A stretch of 64,000 bases of DNA from an uncultured bacterium (GCA_937920495.1 CALEUQ010000003.1:8522-72521), one strand, 5' to 3'; shown: positions 17,299 through 27,757, counted from the first letter of the stretch. The notes: a model not told the origin generated them from the letters alone. Program-made: numbers and translations.

Positions 17299-17877
17299 TT
17301 ATATGCCTATATTCAGGTAAAGTGTTAATCCTGTGTTTATTATATGCCCGTTTTTTCGTGCGCCTTCAATATATCCTTCATATATAAAAAGATAATCAAT
17401 ACGCAAGCCAATATTAATCCACCTGCCCGCTGGAAACGACAGCTCAAAGCCAAGCATTCCAAGCGGATCCCACTGGCTTGCATTGTCAGGCTGTATGGTT
17501 ACCCTGGCACTTCCCGCACCTGCCTTTAGCTGAAATGCTATGGGCATATCTATGGGCAATCGCCACAACACATTTCCATATACCGGCACAACGGTGAGCT
17601 CTTTTACACCTTCAGATTTAAAATGCTCATACGATGAATCAAATCCAATTTTCAGTGGAAGCGAAAACACATTAAAGCGCACAAAGCCACCACCCCACAG
17701 CGCAGTATCAACATCACTGGCAGTAGAAAAAACCGGCGTAACCGGGCCAAACCATATACCCGCCTGTGGTTTTAGAAAATAGTCAGCCTTCTTGCGCTGC
17801 GCAAACACGTCAGCACACACCAAAAGCATTATACACGCAATACAAACACAATATATTCTCAATTTCACGGTAATCAT
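17299..17877 (-). CDS. small outer-membrane beta-barrel-like protein (hypothetical)
   Basis: Signal peptide (...LLVCADVFAQ) followed by alternating hydrophobic/aromatic strands (GIWFGPV, GGGFVRFNVF, KIGFDSSYEHF, IGLRIDYLFIY, TGLTLYLNIGI). Its stop is 1 nt from the next gene's start. Confidence 0.45.
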   Translation of the reverse strand: MITVKLRIYCVCIACIMLLVCADVFAQRKKADYFLKPQAGIWFGPVTPVFSTASDVDTALWGGGFVRFNVFSLPLKIGFDSSYEHFKSEGVKELTVVPVYGNVLWRLPIDMPIAFQLKAGAGSARVTIQPDNASQWDPLGMLGFELSFPAGRWINIGLRIDYLFIYEGYIEGARKNGHIINTGLTLYLNIGI

Positions 17878-18011
17878 CCTTTTTTTGTTTCAATTACCAT
17901 TGTTTTTACATACCAATGTGTCAATTATTATTTTTTACATTTGATGATGCAGAAGCAAATGACACTTTGCCCCTGCACTACAATATTATTGAAACCATAC
18001 ATTCATTTTTG

Positions 18012-18794
18012 TTACACATTTAAAAAATCATACGTGCCGGGATAGTACACCTTTTTAAAATATAACCCATACGCAGGGGCTGTTGGCCCGCTATAGTTTC
18101 TGTCACAGCGTTCAATAATATCTTTCATTGTTTCAGGGCTCTGACCCTTTTGCAATAACTGCAGGATAGTTCCCACAATAATCCGTACCATATTGTGCAA
18201 AAAGGCATTCCCTTTTATAGTAAATATCACCAGGTCATCATATACACGCTCTACTTCAATATACTCAACATACCGTACTGTGCTCTCATCAGTTGATGTT
18301 TTTTTGCAAAATGAAGCAAAATCCCTTTCGCCTATGCAATAGCCTGCTGCCTTCTTGCAGTAATCAATATCAATATGCTGGCGCACCCACATTGCACGGT
18401 AGCGCATAAAGGGACTTTTGTAAGGATGATTGTATATCACATACATATACTCTCGAGCAATGGCACTGTATCGAGCATGAAACGTATTATCCACAACACA
18501 GGCTTTCTTCACAGCAATATCAGCCGGCAATATTCCATTTAAGGATATACACAACCTGTCAGGTGGAATATCTTCACCAAGATCAAAGTGCACCACCTGC
18601 CCCAATGCATGCACACCCGCATCAGTCCTTCCCGCAGCAACAATTCGAACATCCTGGCCCGCGAGTATTTTCAATGCGTGTTCTATTTCAGCTTGAATGG
18701 AATTGGCATTGTTTTGTATCTGAAATCCGCTATACGCAGTGCCATCGTATTGTACAATGAGCGCATACCTCACTGTGGATTTTCTGCTTTCCAT
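18012..18794 (-). CDS. truA: tRNA pseudouridine(38-40) synthase
   Basis: RYALIVQYDGTAYSGFQIQ ... AAGRTDAGVHALGQVVHFD, with the catalytic Asp in the RTDAGVHA motif. Confidence 0.9.
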   Translation of the reverse strand: MESRKSTVRYALIVQYDGTAYSGFQIQNNANSIQAEIEHALKILAGQDVRIVAAGRTDAGVHALGQVVHFDLGEDIPPDRLCISLNGILPADIAVKKACVVDNTFHARYSAIAREYMYVIYNHPYKSPFMRYRAMWVRQHIDIDYCKKAAGYCIGERDFASFCKKTSTDESTVRYVEYIEVERVYDDLVIFTIKGNAFLHNMVRIIVGTILQLLQKGQSPETMKDIIERCDRNYSGPTAPAYGLYFKKVYYPGTYDFLNV

Positions 18795-19642
18795 TGATCA
18801 AGCATCTCATTCATCTTGTCATATAAATCGCGTGTCATGTCTAAAAGTGGCCCTGGCTTATTTTTCGACGCTTTGCCGCTACCAAAAAGCTTGCTCAAAT
18901 AGCGCTTTGTGCGCTCAAAATTTTCAATACGTTTTTGCACATCAGGTTCTTTTGCGCCAACCTTTAATGTGAGTATTGCACACATATATAATATACCGTC
19001 ATACCCCCAATTTTTATCAATATCCGGTCCCATATTACCCGCTGCATCAGCAGGTTCAGCACCTGTCTGTATGATGTCAACCACCTTAAAATAAAAATCA
19101 TACGCCTTTTTATAAAAAAAGTCTGAGATCTTTTTATACGGTCTATCCGGCTCTAACTTTGCCAGATCACCAAAAAGCCATGCTGCACGTATGGCACTCA
19201 CAGCCATTTTAAACGTTGGTGCCACATTTTTATTCCTGAACGAATAGCAATCAACAGCAAGCAAATACGAAGCCGCCCCATGATACAGCCCCCTATCCTG
19301 ATTAAAATCAAGCCTGCCAAAAAACTTCTCAATAGACTGCTTACGTGCTGCTGTAGTAGCGTTTATCTTCTGCATTTCATCTGCCTGCAGCGTATTAAAA
19401 TCTTTTGGATAGGCCGCATACAGGCATCGGGGACACACCGTTACCACATACGCAAGTGGATATATCACACCCCACTTTTCGTTCTTTTCGTAAGTGCGTC
19501 GCAACTCATCGGTAAGCTTACCGGCAATAAGCCTGCCACCACCAGTCAGCATCTCTTCACGGTAAAATTCATAGCCGCACACCGGGCAAATGGTAGGATT
19601 TTTTTGCCTGAATGATATCTTCTTTTTGCTATCCTCTTCCAT
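18770..19642 (-). CDS. DUF2225-like zinc-ribbon protein
   Basis: CPVCGYEFYREEM...YPLAYVVTVCPRCLYAAYPKDF matches my recollection of the DUF2225 N-terminal pattern (CPVCg.eF ... vCP.CgYAa...F). The C-terminal part is helical. Confidence 0.5.
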   Translation of the reverse strand: MEEDSKKKISFRQKNPTICPVCGYEFYREEMLTGGGRLIAGKLTDELRRTYEKNEKWGVIYPLAYVVTVCPRCLYAAYPKDFNTLQADEMQKINATTAARKQSIEKFFGRLDFNQDRGLYHGAASYLLAVDCYSFRNKNVAPTFKMAVSAIRAAWLFGDLAKLEPDRPYKKISDFFYKKAYDFYFKVVDIIQTGAEPADAAGNMGPDIDKNWGYDGILYMCAILTLKVGAKEPDVQKRIENFERTKRYLSKLFGSGKASKNKPGPLLDMTRDLYDKMNEMLDQWKAENPQ

Positions 19643-19727
19643 AGATTAATCCCTTTACACATAATACAGTAACTTTTATCATGTAATATCACAGCAGATA
19701 CATTTGCAACCAAATATTTGCTTTCCT

Positions 19728-19766
19728 GGTAACTATCGCTTAAAATTTTTTTGGCGATAGTAACTG
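19728..19766. promoter_or_regulatory. inverted pair of the GCGATAGT motif (candidate operator) in a divergent promoter region
   Basis: GGTAACTATCGC (19728-19739), a 14-nt A/T spacer, then GCGATAGTAACT (19754-19765). The arms are complementary at 10 of 12 positions. TTGACT at 19772-19777 follows directly. Confidence 0.4.
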
Positions 19767-19859
19767 TAAAATTGACTTTATGTGTTGTAAATATACGGTT
19801 AAGCAATATTCACTATTTACCGATACAATAAAAAAGACTATTACAGAAAGGGTACTGAT

Positions 19860-20714
19860 ATGCTCAAAAAACTGATTATACTATGTGCCACAGTTGCTGT
19901 ATGTGCCACCTCAAGTGCAACATTTGCAGTTTCAACAGCCGTGAAAACACAGAATGATTATTTTTTCACTCTTTCGATGCTGCGTCAAATTCGCATCATG
20001 ATTGAAAATTTTGGCGATGAAACCACAAAAAATAAATATCAGGAGATCCAAACACTCTTTCAAAACGCCTCAGAAGAATACTATGGCCAGAATTTTGACA
20101 GCTCATATCAGAAATATTATAAAGTAAAACAGGAATTGGTTGCCCTCACTGATATGCTTGCCACACTATACATGAACAGAGCGCAGCAGATTCTTGACTC
20201 AACATCCAAACAATCGTTTGACATCATGATAAAATATGATAAAAACAGCACGCTAAAAAAATATTTTCAAAAACCATATAACCCTGTTGAAGACATAAAG
20301 CCCTACAATCCTGAAGAATACCACCTGTTTTTTGACAGAGAAACAATAGAACGGTACCTCAAGAATGGCTACAAAAAGCTTCAGGAAGCAAAAAACATGT
20401 ATAATAATCAGGATATACTATATTTAAAAAGCAAAAAAAACATTAAACATGACGAACTTGAGTTTATCATTAAACAATATATGGCAGTTATTGATTATTG
20501 TCGGTTAGCAAAACAATACGGGATTGAAATACATAAAATGGTAAAGGTGCATCAATTAGATACTATACAGCGCAAATATGGCCTTGAAAGCAATAAACTG
20601 GACCCAATATATGACGACCGCATACCTGAAGAATTTAAAGTTGATGCAAATGACAATATCAGTTTAGTACATTCAATTGAAAAGGCTCGTCTGGAGAAAA
20701 AACTTCAGAAATAA
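19860..20714 (+). CDS. hypothetical secreted protein (284 aa)
   Basis: Signal peptide MLKKLIILCATVAVCATSSATFA. Helical, K/E/Y-rich. No family recognised. Confidence 0.6.
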   Translation: MLKKLIILCATVAVCATSSATFAVSTAVKTQNDYFFTLSMLRQIRIMIENFGDETTKNKYQEIQTLFQNASEEYYGQNFDSSYQKYYKVKQELVALTDMLATLYMNRAQQILDSTSKQSFDIMIKYDKNSTLKKYFQKPYNPVEDIKPYNPEEYHLFFDRETIERYLKNGYKKLQEAKNMYNNQDILYLKSKKNIKHDELEFIIKQYMAVIDYCRLAKQYGIEIHKMVKVHQLDTIQRKYGLESNKLDPIYDDRIPEEFKVDANDNISLVHSIEKARLEKKLQK

Positions 20715-20716
20715 AT

Positions 20717-20750
20717 AAAAAAAACAACAGCTTACGCTGTTGTTTTTTTA
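20717..20750. terminator. bidirectional intrinsic terminator
   Basis: A-run, ACAACAGC-ttac-GCTGTTGT, then TTTTTTT. Overlaps the last codons of rplQ on the other strand. Confidence 0.65.
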
Positions 20751-21166
20751 TCACTCTTCTTATCTTCTTTCTTTGTTTCTTGCTTAACTACCAGTTCTAC
20801 TATTGCCATCTGGGCAGCATCACCTTCGCGCCTGTCAAGAAGGTACATGCGTGTATACCCACCTGGCCGTGTAACAAACCGTGGTGCAATATCATCAAAG
20901 AGCTTCTTAACCACATCTTCATTTTTAATAAGCCGCATTACCTCACGCTTGTTGTGAAGTTTGCGTGCACCGTCAGTTTCTGTAAGGCTTAAGTTTTCCT
21001 TTGCCCTTGTTATTAATCGCTCGGCAATTCGTTTTAACTCTTTGCCTTTCTGTTTTGTGGTAATTATCCTTTCATGCTGAAACAATGATGTCACCATATT
21101 GGCATACATTGCACGTCTATGTTCATGTGAACGCCCTAACTGTCTAACATTATTACGGTGTCTCAT
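20732..21166 (-). CDS. rplQ: 50S ribosomal protein L17
   Basis: MRHRNNVRQLGRSHEHRRAMYANM... Last gene of the alpha operon. Confidence 0.95.
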   Translation of the reverse strand: MRHRNNVRQLGRSHEHRRAMYANMVTSLFQHERIITTKQKGKELKRIAERLITRAKENLSLTETDGARKLHNKREVMRLIKNEDVVKKLFDDIAPRFVTRPGGYTRMYLLDRREGDAAQMAIVELVVKQETKKEDKKSDKKTTA

Positions 21167-21180
21167 AATGTCACTACCTC

Positions 21181-22146
21181 TTATTCTTTTATTCCTAAGC
21201 TCAGGTGATATTCTTCTAATTTCTTTTTGATTTCAGCTAATACCTGATCGCTGAAATGCTTTGATTTCTTAAGTTCATCTTCAGTTTTGCGTACAACATC
21301 TTCAAGTGTGTTCAGCTCAAGGCTCTTCAATGTATTATATGCACGCACTGAAAATTCCAGTTCATCAATTGATTTTGCCAGTATTACTTTAAGCTTATCA
21401 TGGCTTTCATCTACTGCAACTTCTTCTTCCTCAACTTCTTCTTCAAAGTTGATAAATATGGTCATATGGTCTTTGATGATTTTTGCAGCCTGGGCCAGTG
21501 CATCTTCAGGTTTAACCGAACCATCTGTCCATATTTCTATAATAAGCTTATCATAATCAGTACGCTGCCCAACACGTGTATCTTCAACCTTTATGTTAAC
21601 CTTCCGTACAGGAGAAAAAATCGCATCAACAGGAATAACACCAATAGTTTCTACGCTGGATTTGCTGATTTCCCCGGGCATGTAACCCCTGCCCCGCTCA
21701 ATCTGCACTTCCATATCGATCCTTCCACCATGTTCAATAGTTGCAATATGAGTTTCAGGATTCATTACTTCTACATCGGTATCTATTGCAAAATCTGCCC
21801 CTGTCAATTCTGCTTCGCCATCCTTGACTATATGCAAAACCTTTGGCAGTTCGCTATCGTACCTAAACCGTAGTTTCTTTAAATTTAATATTATTCTGGT
21901 TACATCTTCTACTACACCATCGATTGCAGTAAATTCATGGGGCACACCCTGGATTTTTACTGCAGTAATAGCAGCACCTTCAATTGATGATAATAAAACT
22001 CGCCGTAATGAATTGCCTATAGTTAAACCATATCCTCGTTCAAAAGGCTCGGCAATGAATCTTCCGTAATTTTGATTAACTTCATCATGTTCAAACACAA
22101 TTTTTGATGGTCTTCGAAAACCCTTCAATAGGCTTTTATGGGACAT
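21181..22146 (-). CDS. rpoA: DNA-directed RNA polymerase alpha subunit
   Basis: MSHKSLLKGFRRPSKIVFEH...GNSLRRVLLSSIEGAAI. I trimmed the track ORF (to 22182) to the ATG at 22146, which is preceded by GGAGGT. Confidence 0.95.
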   Translation of the reverse strand: MSHKSLLKGFRRPSKIVFEHDEVNQNYGRFIAEPFERGYGLTIGNSLRRVLLSSIEGAAITAVKIQGVPHEFTAIDGVVEDVTRIILNLKKLRFRYDSELPKVLHIVKDGEAELTGADFAIDTDVEVMNPETHIATIEHGGRIDMEVQIERGRGYMPGEISKSSVETIGVIPVDAIFSPVRKVNIKVEDTRVGQRTDYDKLIIEIWTDGSVKPEDALAQAAKIIKDHMTIFINFEEEVEEEEVAVDESHDKLKVILAKSIDELEFSVRAYNTLKSLELNTLEDVVRKTEDELKKSKHFSDQVLAEIKKKLEEYHLSLGIKE

Positions 22147-22187
22147 TCTTACCTCCAGTAAATAAACACATACTAAAACCACATGAC

Positions 22188-22817
22188 TTACTTAGAATAT
22201 AACTCAACAACCACCTGTTCATTAAATATTGGCTCAATATCTTTACGCTCAGGTAAACGGATAATTTTGCCACTTCTCTTCTCATAGTCAACTTCTAACC
22301 ATTGAGGCACTGATCCCACTGCTTTGGATAATTTGATAGCATCTTCAAGCATTGTATTAGTTTTAAAATCTTCTTTGATCTCAACAATATCATTCACTTT
22401 AACCTGATAGGAAGGTATATCCACCCTCCTGCCATTAACAGTTACATGTCCATGCTGTACAAACTGGCGAGCTTGTAGCCGTGAAGATGCAAAGCCCAAT
22501 CTATATATAACATTATCAAGCCTTCGCTCAAGCAGTATAAGCATATTCTCGCCTGTAACACCTTTAAGCCGGGTAGCCTCATCAAACGTACGTTTGAACT
22601 GGGTTTCTAAAAGCATATAGCTGCGCTTAATTTTCTGCTTCTCACGCAACTGCACACCATAGTCTGACAATTTGGTTCTCCTCTTGCGCGGAGGTCCCGG
22701 CGGATATTTCTTATGCTTAATAGCACATTTATCAGTTAAACAACGCCTCCCTTTAAGCATTAAAGGAGTCATTTCTCTTCTGCATAATTTACATAAAGGC
22801 CCAATATACTTTGCCAT
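22188..22817 (-). CDS. rpsD: 30S ribosomal protein S4
   Basis: MAKYIGPLCKLCRREMTPLMLKGRRCLTDKCAI, with a Cys4-type N-terminus. Conserved operon position. Confidence 0.95.
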   Translation of the reverse strand: MAKYIGPLCKLCRREMTPLMLKGRRCLTDKCAIKHKKYPPGPPRKRRTKLSDYGVQLREKQKIKRSYMLLETQFKRTFDEATRLKGVTGENMLILLERRLDNVIYRLGFASSRLQARQFVQHGHVTVNGRRVDIPSYQVKVNDIVEIKEDFKTNTMLEDAIKLSKAVGSVPQWLEVDYEKRSGKIIRLPERKDIEPIFNEQVVVELYSK

Positions 22818-22833
22818 ACACTAAAACCTCACA

Positions 22834-23220
22834 TTATACTCTTCTTCGTTTACGTGGTCGGCACCCATTATGTGGTATGGGTGTAATATCTTTAATCTTT
22901 GAGATATTTAAACCAGCCTGATATAATGAACGGATTGCCGCTTCGCGTCCAATACCAGGACCTTTCACATATACCTCAACTGTTCGCATGTTTGCATTAT
23001 CCATTGCTTTCTGTGCAGCAGCTTTTGCAGCCATCTGTGCTGCAAACGGTGTGGATTTTCGTGAGCCACGAAATCCCTCTCCACCTGCTGTTGCCCATGA
23101 TACTACATTACCCTGCATATCAGTTATTGTAATAATAGTATTATTATACGTAGCCTGAATGAACGCTTTACCTACTGGTATATTCTTCTTTTCCTGTTTC
23201 TTTGTTCGTTTTTGCTTCAC
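22834..23220 (-). CDS. rpsK: 30S ribosomal protein S11
   Basis: ...[21 protein letters not shown]...[13 protein letters not shown]. Confidence 0.95.
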   Translation of the reverse strand: MKQKRTKKQEKKNIPVGKAFIQATYNNTIITITDMQGNVVSWATAGGEGFRGSRKSTPFAAQMAAKAAAQKAMDNANMRTVEVYVKGPGIGREAAIRSLYQAGLNISKIKDITPIPHNGCRPRKRRRV

Positions 23221-23243
23221 TGTGCACCTCTATCATTGACTTA

Positions 23244-23618
23244 CTATTTCTTCTTCTTACTTCCAACAGATACTTTTCTATTACCTTTACGGGTGCGTGC
23301 ATTGTTCTTGGTATTCTGCCCCCGCACCGGTAAACCTCGTCTGTGCCGTATACCCCTGTAGCAACCAATATCCATAAGTCGTTTGATATCCATTGCTATC
23401 TGGGTTCGCAAATCACCTTCCACCTTGTAGCTTTTCTCAATGATCTTTCGCAATTGATTGATCTCTTCATCAGTAAGGTCTTTCACCCGTGTATCAGGAT
23501 TAACCTGAGCATCCTGTAAAATTTTTTTTGAAGATGAAGGACCAATACCATAAATATAGGTAAGCGCAACTTCTATCCGCTTATTGTTTGGTAAATCAAC
23601 ACCTGCAATTCGTGCCAT
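23244..23618 (-). CDS. rpsM: 30S ribosomal protein S13
   Basis: [26 protein letters not shown]... Confidence 0.95.
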   Translation of the reverse strand: MARIAGVDLPNNKRIEVALTYIYGIGPSSSKKILQDAQVNPDTRVKDLTDEEINQLRKIIEKSYKVEGDLRTQIAMDIKRLMDIGCYRGIRHRRGLPVRGQNTKNNARTRKGNRKVSVGSKKKK

Positions 23619-23636
23619 ATATACCTCTACCTCACA

Positions 23637-23765
23637 TTATTTCACTGTTCTTTTCTTCTGTCGCTGTTTATGACGTGGATTTTTGCAGATCACACGTACA
23701 ACACCATGACGTTTAATTACCTTACAATCGCTGCAAATCTTTTTTACTGAAACTCTGACTTTCAT
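23637..23765 (-). CDS. rpmJ: 50S ribosomal protein L36 (Cys3His zinc type), 42 aa
   Basis: Not in the track (<60 aa). My translation: [42 protein letters not shown]. Lies between infA and rpsM as expected. Confidence 0.9.
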   Translation of the reverse strand: MKVRVSVKKICSDCKVIKRHGVVRVICKNPRHKQRQKKRTVK

Positions 23766-23788
23766 ATCAATACCTCTAACCTTAGCTA

Positions 23789-24007
23789 TCATTTGGACCG
23801 ATAGGTTATCCTGCCTCTGCTTAAATCATAGGGCGACAGCTCTACTGTAACTCTGTCACCAGGTAAAATTCGTATATAATGCATCCTCATTTTTCCAGAT
23901 ATGTGAGCTAACACCACATGACCATTATCTAATTTAACCCTGAACATGGCATTGGGAAGTGCTTCAACTACTTCACCCTCAACTTCAATTGGTTCTTCTT
24001 TGGCCAT
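23789..24007 (-). CDS. infA: translation initiation factor IF-1
   Basis: [53 protein letters not shown]. Confidence 0.95.
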   Translation of the reverse strand: MAKEEPIEVEGEVVEALPNAMFRVKLDNGHVVLAHISGKMRMHYIRILPGDRVTVELSPYDLSRGRITYRSK

Positions 24008-24036
24008 CCGGTTTATTACTCCTTGTATATTAAAAA

Positions 24037-24789
24037 TTAATCATGCGTTAATATTTTCGGATTTCCATTAACAACAGCAACGGTATGTTCAAAATGTGCT
24101 GAAAACTTCCTGTCCTTTGTTACTGCTGTCCATCCATCCTGTAAAATTTCAACCTGATATGTCCCTTCATTGATCATTGGCTCTATCGCAAAAATCATCC
24201 CTGTTTTTATCACAGGACCCTTGCCTGGCTTGCCAAAGTTAGGTATTGAAGGTTCTTCATGAAGACTCCTCCCAATACCATGACCAACAAATTCATGTAC
24301 AGGCTGAAAACCATACTGAATCACATGTGATTCAATTGCATGGGATATATCCGTAAGATGATTGCCATCTTTGCATTGTAAAATACCACGTTCAAGCGCT
24401 TCCCTTGTAACTTCAAGCAATTTTTGAATCGTTTTGCTTGCCTTTCCTACAACAAATGTTTTTGCCGCATCGCCAAAATATCCGTTGTACTGAACGCCTA
24501 TATCAATACCAACAATATCGCCCTTTTTTAAGATTTGTTGCTTACTGGGTATTCCGTGAACAACCACTTCATTTACTGATGTACAGATAGCTGCCGGATA
24601 CCCTTTATACCCCAGGAAAGCCGGAACTGCCTTAAACTTTTTTATTAAATCCCGTGCTATCCTGTCCAGCTCAAACGTACTGATGCCTTCAACAACATGG
24701 TTTCCAATCTCATTGAGGACTGCAGCAGTTATCCTGCACGCATCCTCAACCCGCTTAATCTCCTCCTCACTGTAAATAAAAATTGCCAA
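24037..24789 (-). CDS. map: type I methionine aminopeptidase
   Basis: VVHGIPS...GDIVGIDIG...[10 protein letters not shown]...VGHGIG..LHEEP...FAIEPM...FEHT, the metal-ligand pattern. Confidence 0.95.
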   Translation of the reverse strand: MAIFIYSEEEIKRVEDACRITAAVLNEIGNHVVEGISTFELDRIARDLIKKFKAVPAFLGYKGYPAAICTSVNEVVVHGIPSKQQILKKGDIVGIDIGVQYNGYFGDAAKTFVVGKASKTIQKLLEVTREALERGILQCKDGNHLTDISHAIESHVIQYGFQPVHEFVGHGIGRSLHEEPSIPNFGKPGKGPVIKTGMIFAIEPMINEGTYQVEILQDGWTAVTKDRKFSAHFEHTVAVVNGNPKILTHD

Positions 24790-24834
24790 AACGCCTCAAA
24801 ATATGATTATAAAAAAATCAATATAGCTAATAAA

Positions 24835-26181
24835 TTAATATCTTCTACCTTTTATTCGCCCTTTCTTGAAAAAGCCATCATAATGCCTCATTAAAAGCTG
24901 TGACTCTATCTGTTTTAATGTATCCAGCGCCACGCCAACTATGATGAGCAATGACGTTCCACCAAAAAGATATGCCATTTCTGGCGATACTTCTTCTGGC
25001 CATATTCGAATAATAAAATCAGGAACTATCGCTATTAACGCTAAAAATATGGAACCGGGCAGTGTAATCCTGTTTAAAATATGCATAATATAATCAGCTG
25101 TATTCTGACCAGGTCGTATACCTGGTATAAAACCGCCATATTTTTTTAAATTCTCTGCCAGATCATTTGGATTAAACTGAATTGCCGTATAAAAATAACA
25201 GAAAAATATGATCAGCAAGCTGTATATAATCATATATGCTACATGCCCTGGAGATAACCAGTATTGCATCTTGGTAAAAATTGCATATTTTGTTGCACCA
25301 AGCATATTACTAATTTGTGCCGGGAAAAGAATCACTGAAGATGCAAATATGATCGGGATAACACCCGCAGCATTGACTCGTAGGGGTATGGCCTGCGATG
25401 CCATCTGCACCATACGCCTACCCACAACACGTTTTCCATACTGTACCGGAATCTTCCGCACACCCAGTGTTAACAATATAGATGCGGCAACAACTCCTAT
25501 AAATAATGCTATAAGTATAAGCGCAATGATAGGATCACTTCTGCTGATTATCCTGTTCATAGTATCAAGGAACGCCGAAGGAGCACGAACAACAATACCA
25601 GCATAAATGATTAGCGATATACCATTTCCAATACCGCGCTCCGTTATCATTTCGCCAAGCCACATCAGAATCATAGTCCCGGTGGTAATCGCCAGCACTG
25701 CAACAATAATGAAACCTATACCTGCATCCTGTGGCACAACTGTACCTTTGGGCGATGTCATGGATTTCATCCACATGGTAAGGCCAAATCCCTGCAGTGC
25801 ACACAGAAGCACAGTACCATAACGGGTATACTGGTTTATCTTCTTATACCCTTCAGGTCCTTCCTTTGATAACTTTTCTATAGCCGGAATTACAACTGTG
25901 AGAAGCTGCATAATAATTGATGCAGATATATAGGGCATAATCCCTAATGCAAATATGGTAAAACGCTTGAGCGCGCCACCTGCAAAAAGGTCAAAAAAAT
26001 CTACAAAACCACCACCACGGCTTTTTGCAGCCATCTCAAAATATGAACTTAATGCCTCAATGTTAACCCCTGGTATTGGTATGTGAGCACCAATTCGGTA
26101 TACTATTAAAATAAAAAGGGTAAACAAAACCCTTTTCCTGAGCTCCGGAATTTTAAAAATATTTGCAATTACTTGTGGCAT
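24835..26181 (-). CDS. secY: preprotein translocase subunit SecY
   Basis: 448 aa, multi-TM. FALGIMPYISASIIMQLL and GRRMVQ...IPLRVN motifs. Confidence 0.95.
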   Translation of the reverse strand: MPQVIANIFKIPELRKRVLFTLFILIVYRIGAHIPIPGVNIEALSSYFEMAAKSRGGGFVDFFDLFAGGALKRFTIFALGIMPYISASIIMQLLTVVIPAIEKLSKEGPEGYKKINQYTRYGTVLLCALQGFGLTMWMKSMTSPKGTVVPQDAGIGFIIVAVLAITTGTMILMWLGEMITERGIGNGISLIIYAGIVVRAPSAFLDTMNRIISRSDPIIALILIALFIGVVAASILLTLGVRKIPVQYGKRVVGRRMVQMASQAIPLRVNAAGVIPIIFASSVILFPAQISNMLGATKYAIFTKMQYWLSPGHVAYMIIYSLLIIFFCYFYTAIQFNPNDLAENLKKYGGFIPGIRPGQNTADYIMHILNRITLPGSIFLALIAIVPDFIIRIWPEEVSPEMAYLFGGTSLLIIVGVALDTLKQIESQLLMRHYDGFFKKGRIKGRRY

Positions 26182-26207
26182 TATTTTTTTATGACCTCGT
26201 TATATCA

Positions 26208-26645
26208 TTATGATCTAAGTGTAACACTACCACCAGCTTTCTCAATTTTATCCTTTGCCGAAGATGATACCTCATCTACAATAACCTTAACTGCTGTTGT
26301 TATATCACCGTTTGCAAGTAGTTTAATTGGCAACAACTGTGATTTAATCAGTCCTTTTTGATATAACACTTCAGGACTTATTTCCTGTATTCCTAACCGT
26401 GCTATATCTTTAATATTTATAATCTGCAGCTCTTCCCTGAATTTTGCATTGTTAAATCCACGTTTTGGGATACGACGCTGCAGGGGCATCTGCCCACCTT
26501 CAAAACCCGGTTTAAAATGAGCACCGGACCTGGCTTTCTGCCCTTTATGCCCTTTGCAGCTTGTTTTACCGTGTCCACTGCCAGTACCGCACCCTATACG
26601 TTTTTTCTTTTTTATATATTCAGGTTTTTTCAATGTATAGTGCAT
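26208..26645 (-). CDS. rplO: 50S ribosomal protein L15
   Basis: ...RIGCGTGSGHGKTSCKGHKGQKARSG...FEGGQMPLQRRIPKRGF. Confidence 0.95.
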   Translation of the reverse strand: MHYTLKKPEYIKKKKRIGCGTGSGHGKTSCKGHKGQKARSGAHFKPGFEGGQMPLQRRIPKRGFNNAKFREELQIINIKDIARLGIQEISPEVLYQKGLIKSQLLPIKLLANGDITTAVKVIVDEVSSSAKDKIEKAGGSVTLRS

Positions 26646-26666
26646 AAAACTCCTACCTGCTATTCA

Positions 26667-26861
26667 TTATTCTTGAATTTCAGAAACTTCAACCATATGC
26701 TTCACAACATTTATCATACCCCTGACAACAGGAGTATCTTCATGTACCCTTTCTGCATTCATCTTCCGCAAACCCAAAGCCCTTAATGTTGCTTTTTGCT
26801 TTGGTTTTGCACCTATATAACTTCGTATCTGTTTCACACGTAATTTCTTAGCCATATACAC
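26667..26861 (-). CDS. rpmD: 50S ribosomal protein L30
   Basis: MAKKLRVKQIRSYIGAKPKQKATLRALGLRKMN. The start may be the ATG at 26855. Confidence 0.9.
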   Translation of the reverse strand: MYMAKKLRVKQIRSYIGAKPKQKATLRALGLRKMNAERVHEDTPVVRGMINVVKHMVEVSEIQE

Positions 26862-26864
26862 CTC

Positions 26865-27386
26865 TTATGGTTGCCATAACTTTGGTAAAGGTATTTCACG
26901 TAAATCTGCTGCTTCCTTCAGACTTCTAAGCTGTAATAGACCATTTATCGTTGCTTTGGTAACATTAACCGGATTTCGCGATCCCAATGTCTTTGACAAT
27001 ATATCTACAATGCCTGCCTTTTCTACAACTGCACGCACTGAATCACCGGCAATAAGACCAGTACCAGGAGCAGCAGGCTTTAAGATAACACGTGTTGATT
27101 TAAATCTTCCTATCACTTCATGCGGTATAGTGTTTTTGTTAACATTTATTTTATACAAATTCTTCTTTGCATCCTCAACACTTTTCCTGATAGCATCTGG
27201 CACCTCGTTAGCCTTTCCAAAGCCTATACCAACATGACCTTTATTATCACCAACAACAGACATAGCATTGAAAGAAAACCTTCTACCACCTTTTACAACC
27301 TTTGCAACACGGTTGATGATAATTATCTTTTCTGATAACTCCAGTCCTTCAGGTTTTACTCGTTTTTTCAAAATCTTCATTACCAT
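26865..27386 (-). CDS. rpsE: 30S ribosomal protein S5
   Basis: [40 protein letters not shown]. Confidence 0.95.
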   Translation of the reverse strand: MVMKILKKRVKPEGLELSEKIIIINRVAKVVKGGRRFSFNAMSVVGDNKGHVGIGFGKANEVPDAIRKSVEDAKKNLYKINVNKNTIPHEVIGRFKSTRVILKPAAPGTGLIAGDSVRAVVEKAGIVDILSKTLGSRNPVNVTKATINGLLQLRSLKEAADLREIPLPKLWQP

Positions 27387-27391
27387 CTCCC

Positions 27392-27757
27392 CTAAAATTC
27401 TAATCCATTTTCGCGAGCTGCATCAGCAAATTCCTTTATCTTGCCATGATAAAGGTAACCGTTTCTGTCAAATACCACCTGTTTTATATTCTTGGCGATA
27501 GCTCTTTGGGCAATGATTTTGCCTAATTCTCTGGCCGCTTCCTTATTACACCGGTTCTTACTGATTGGAAAATCCTTTTCTAAAGTTGAAGCACTCACCA
27601 GCGTATGAGCCCTGCTGTCATCGATGATCTGCACAAAGAAATTTTTATTGCTTCTTGAAATACACATACGCGGCCGCCTGGTATTGGCTCTTACTTTAGA
27701 TTTAACGCGCATCCTTCTGCGCATGTATCTCACTTTTTTTAATTTCATTCTATTCAT
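27392..27757 (-). CDS. rplR: 50S ribosomal protein L18
   Basis: ...[19 protein letters not shown]...[28 protein letters not shown]. Confidence 0.95.
   Translation of the reverse strand: MNRMKLKKVRYMRRRMRVKSKVRANTRRPRMCISRSNKNFFVQIIDDSRAHTLVSASTLEKDFPISKNRCNKEAARELGKIIAQRAIAKNIKQVVFDRNGYLYHGKIKEFADAARENGLEF

Noticed and set aside
19546-19806. 86-aa minus-strand ORF across the DUF2225 gene start and its promoter spacer.
   Set aside because: It overlaps the conserved zinc-ribbon N-terminus in another frame and runs through the motif palindrome. It has no RBS and an implausible sequence.
22147-22182. N-terminal extensions in the track ORFs of rpoA (22182), rplF (28379), fusA (39166), nusG (50987), ileS (54232) and the 9311 ORF.
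   Set aside because: Internal ATGs give the canonical conserved N-termini, sit behind SD-like sequences, and avoid overlap with the upstream gene. The extensions look non-native.
24790-24834. Absence of adk between secY and map.
   Set aside because: Gene-order variation at this position is common in several phyla. It is noted but is not evidence of anything unusual.
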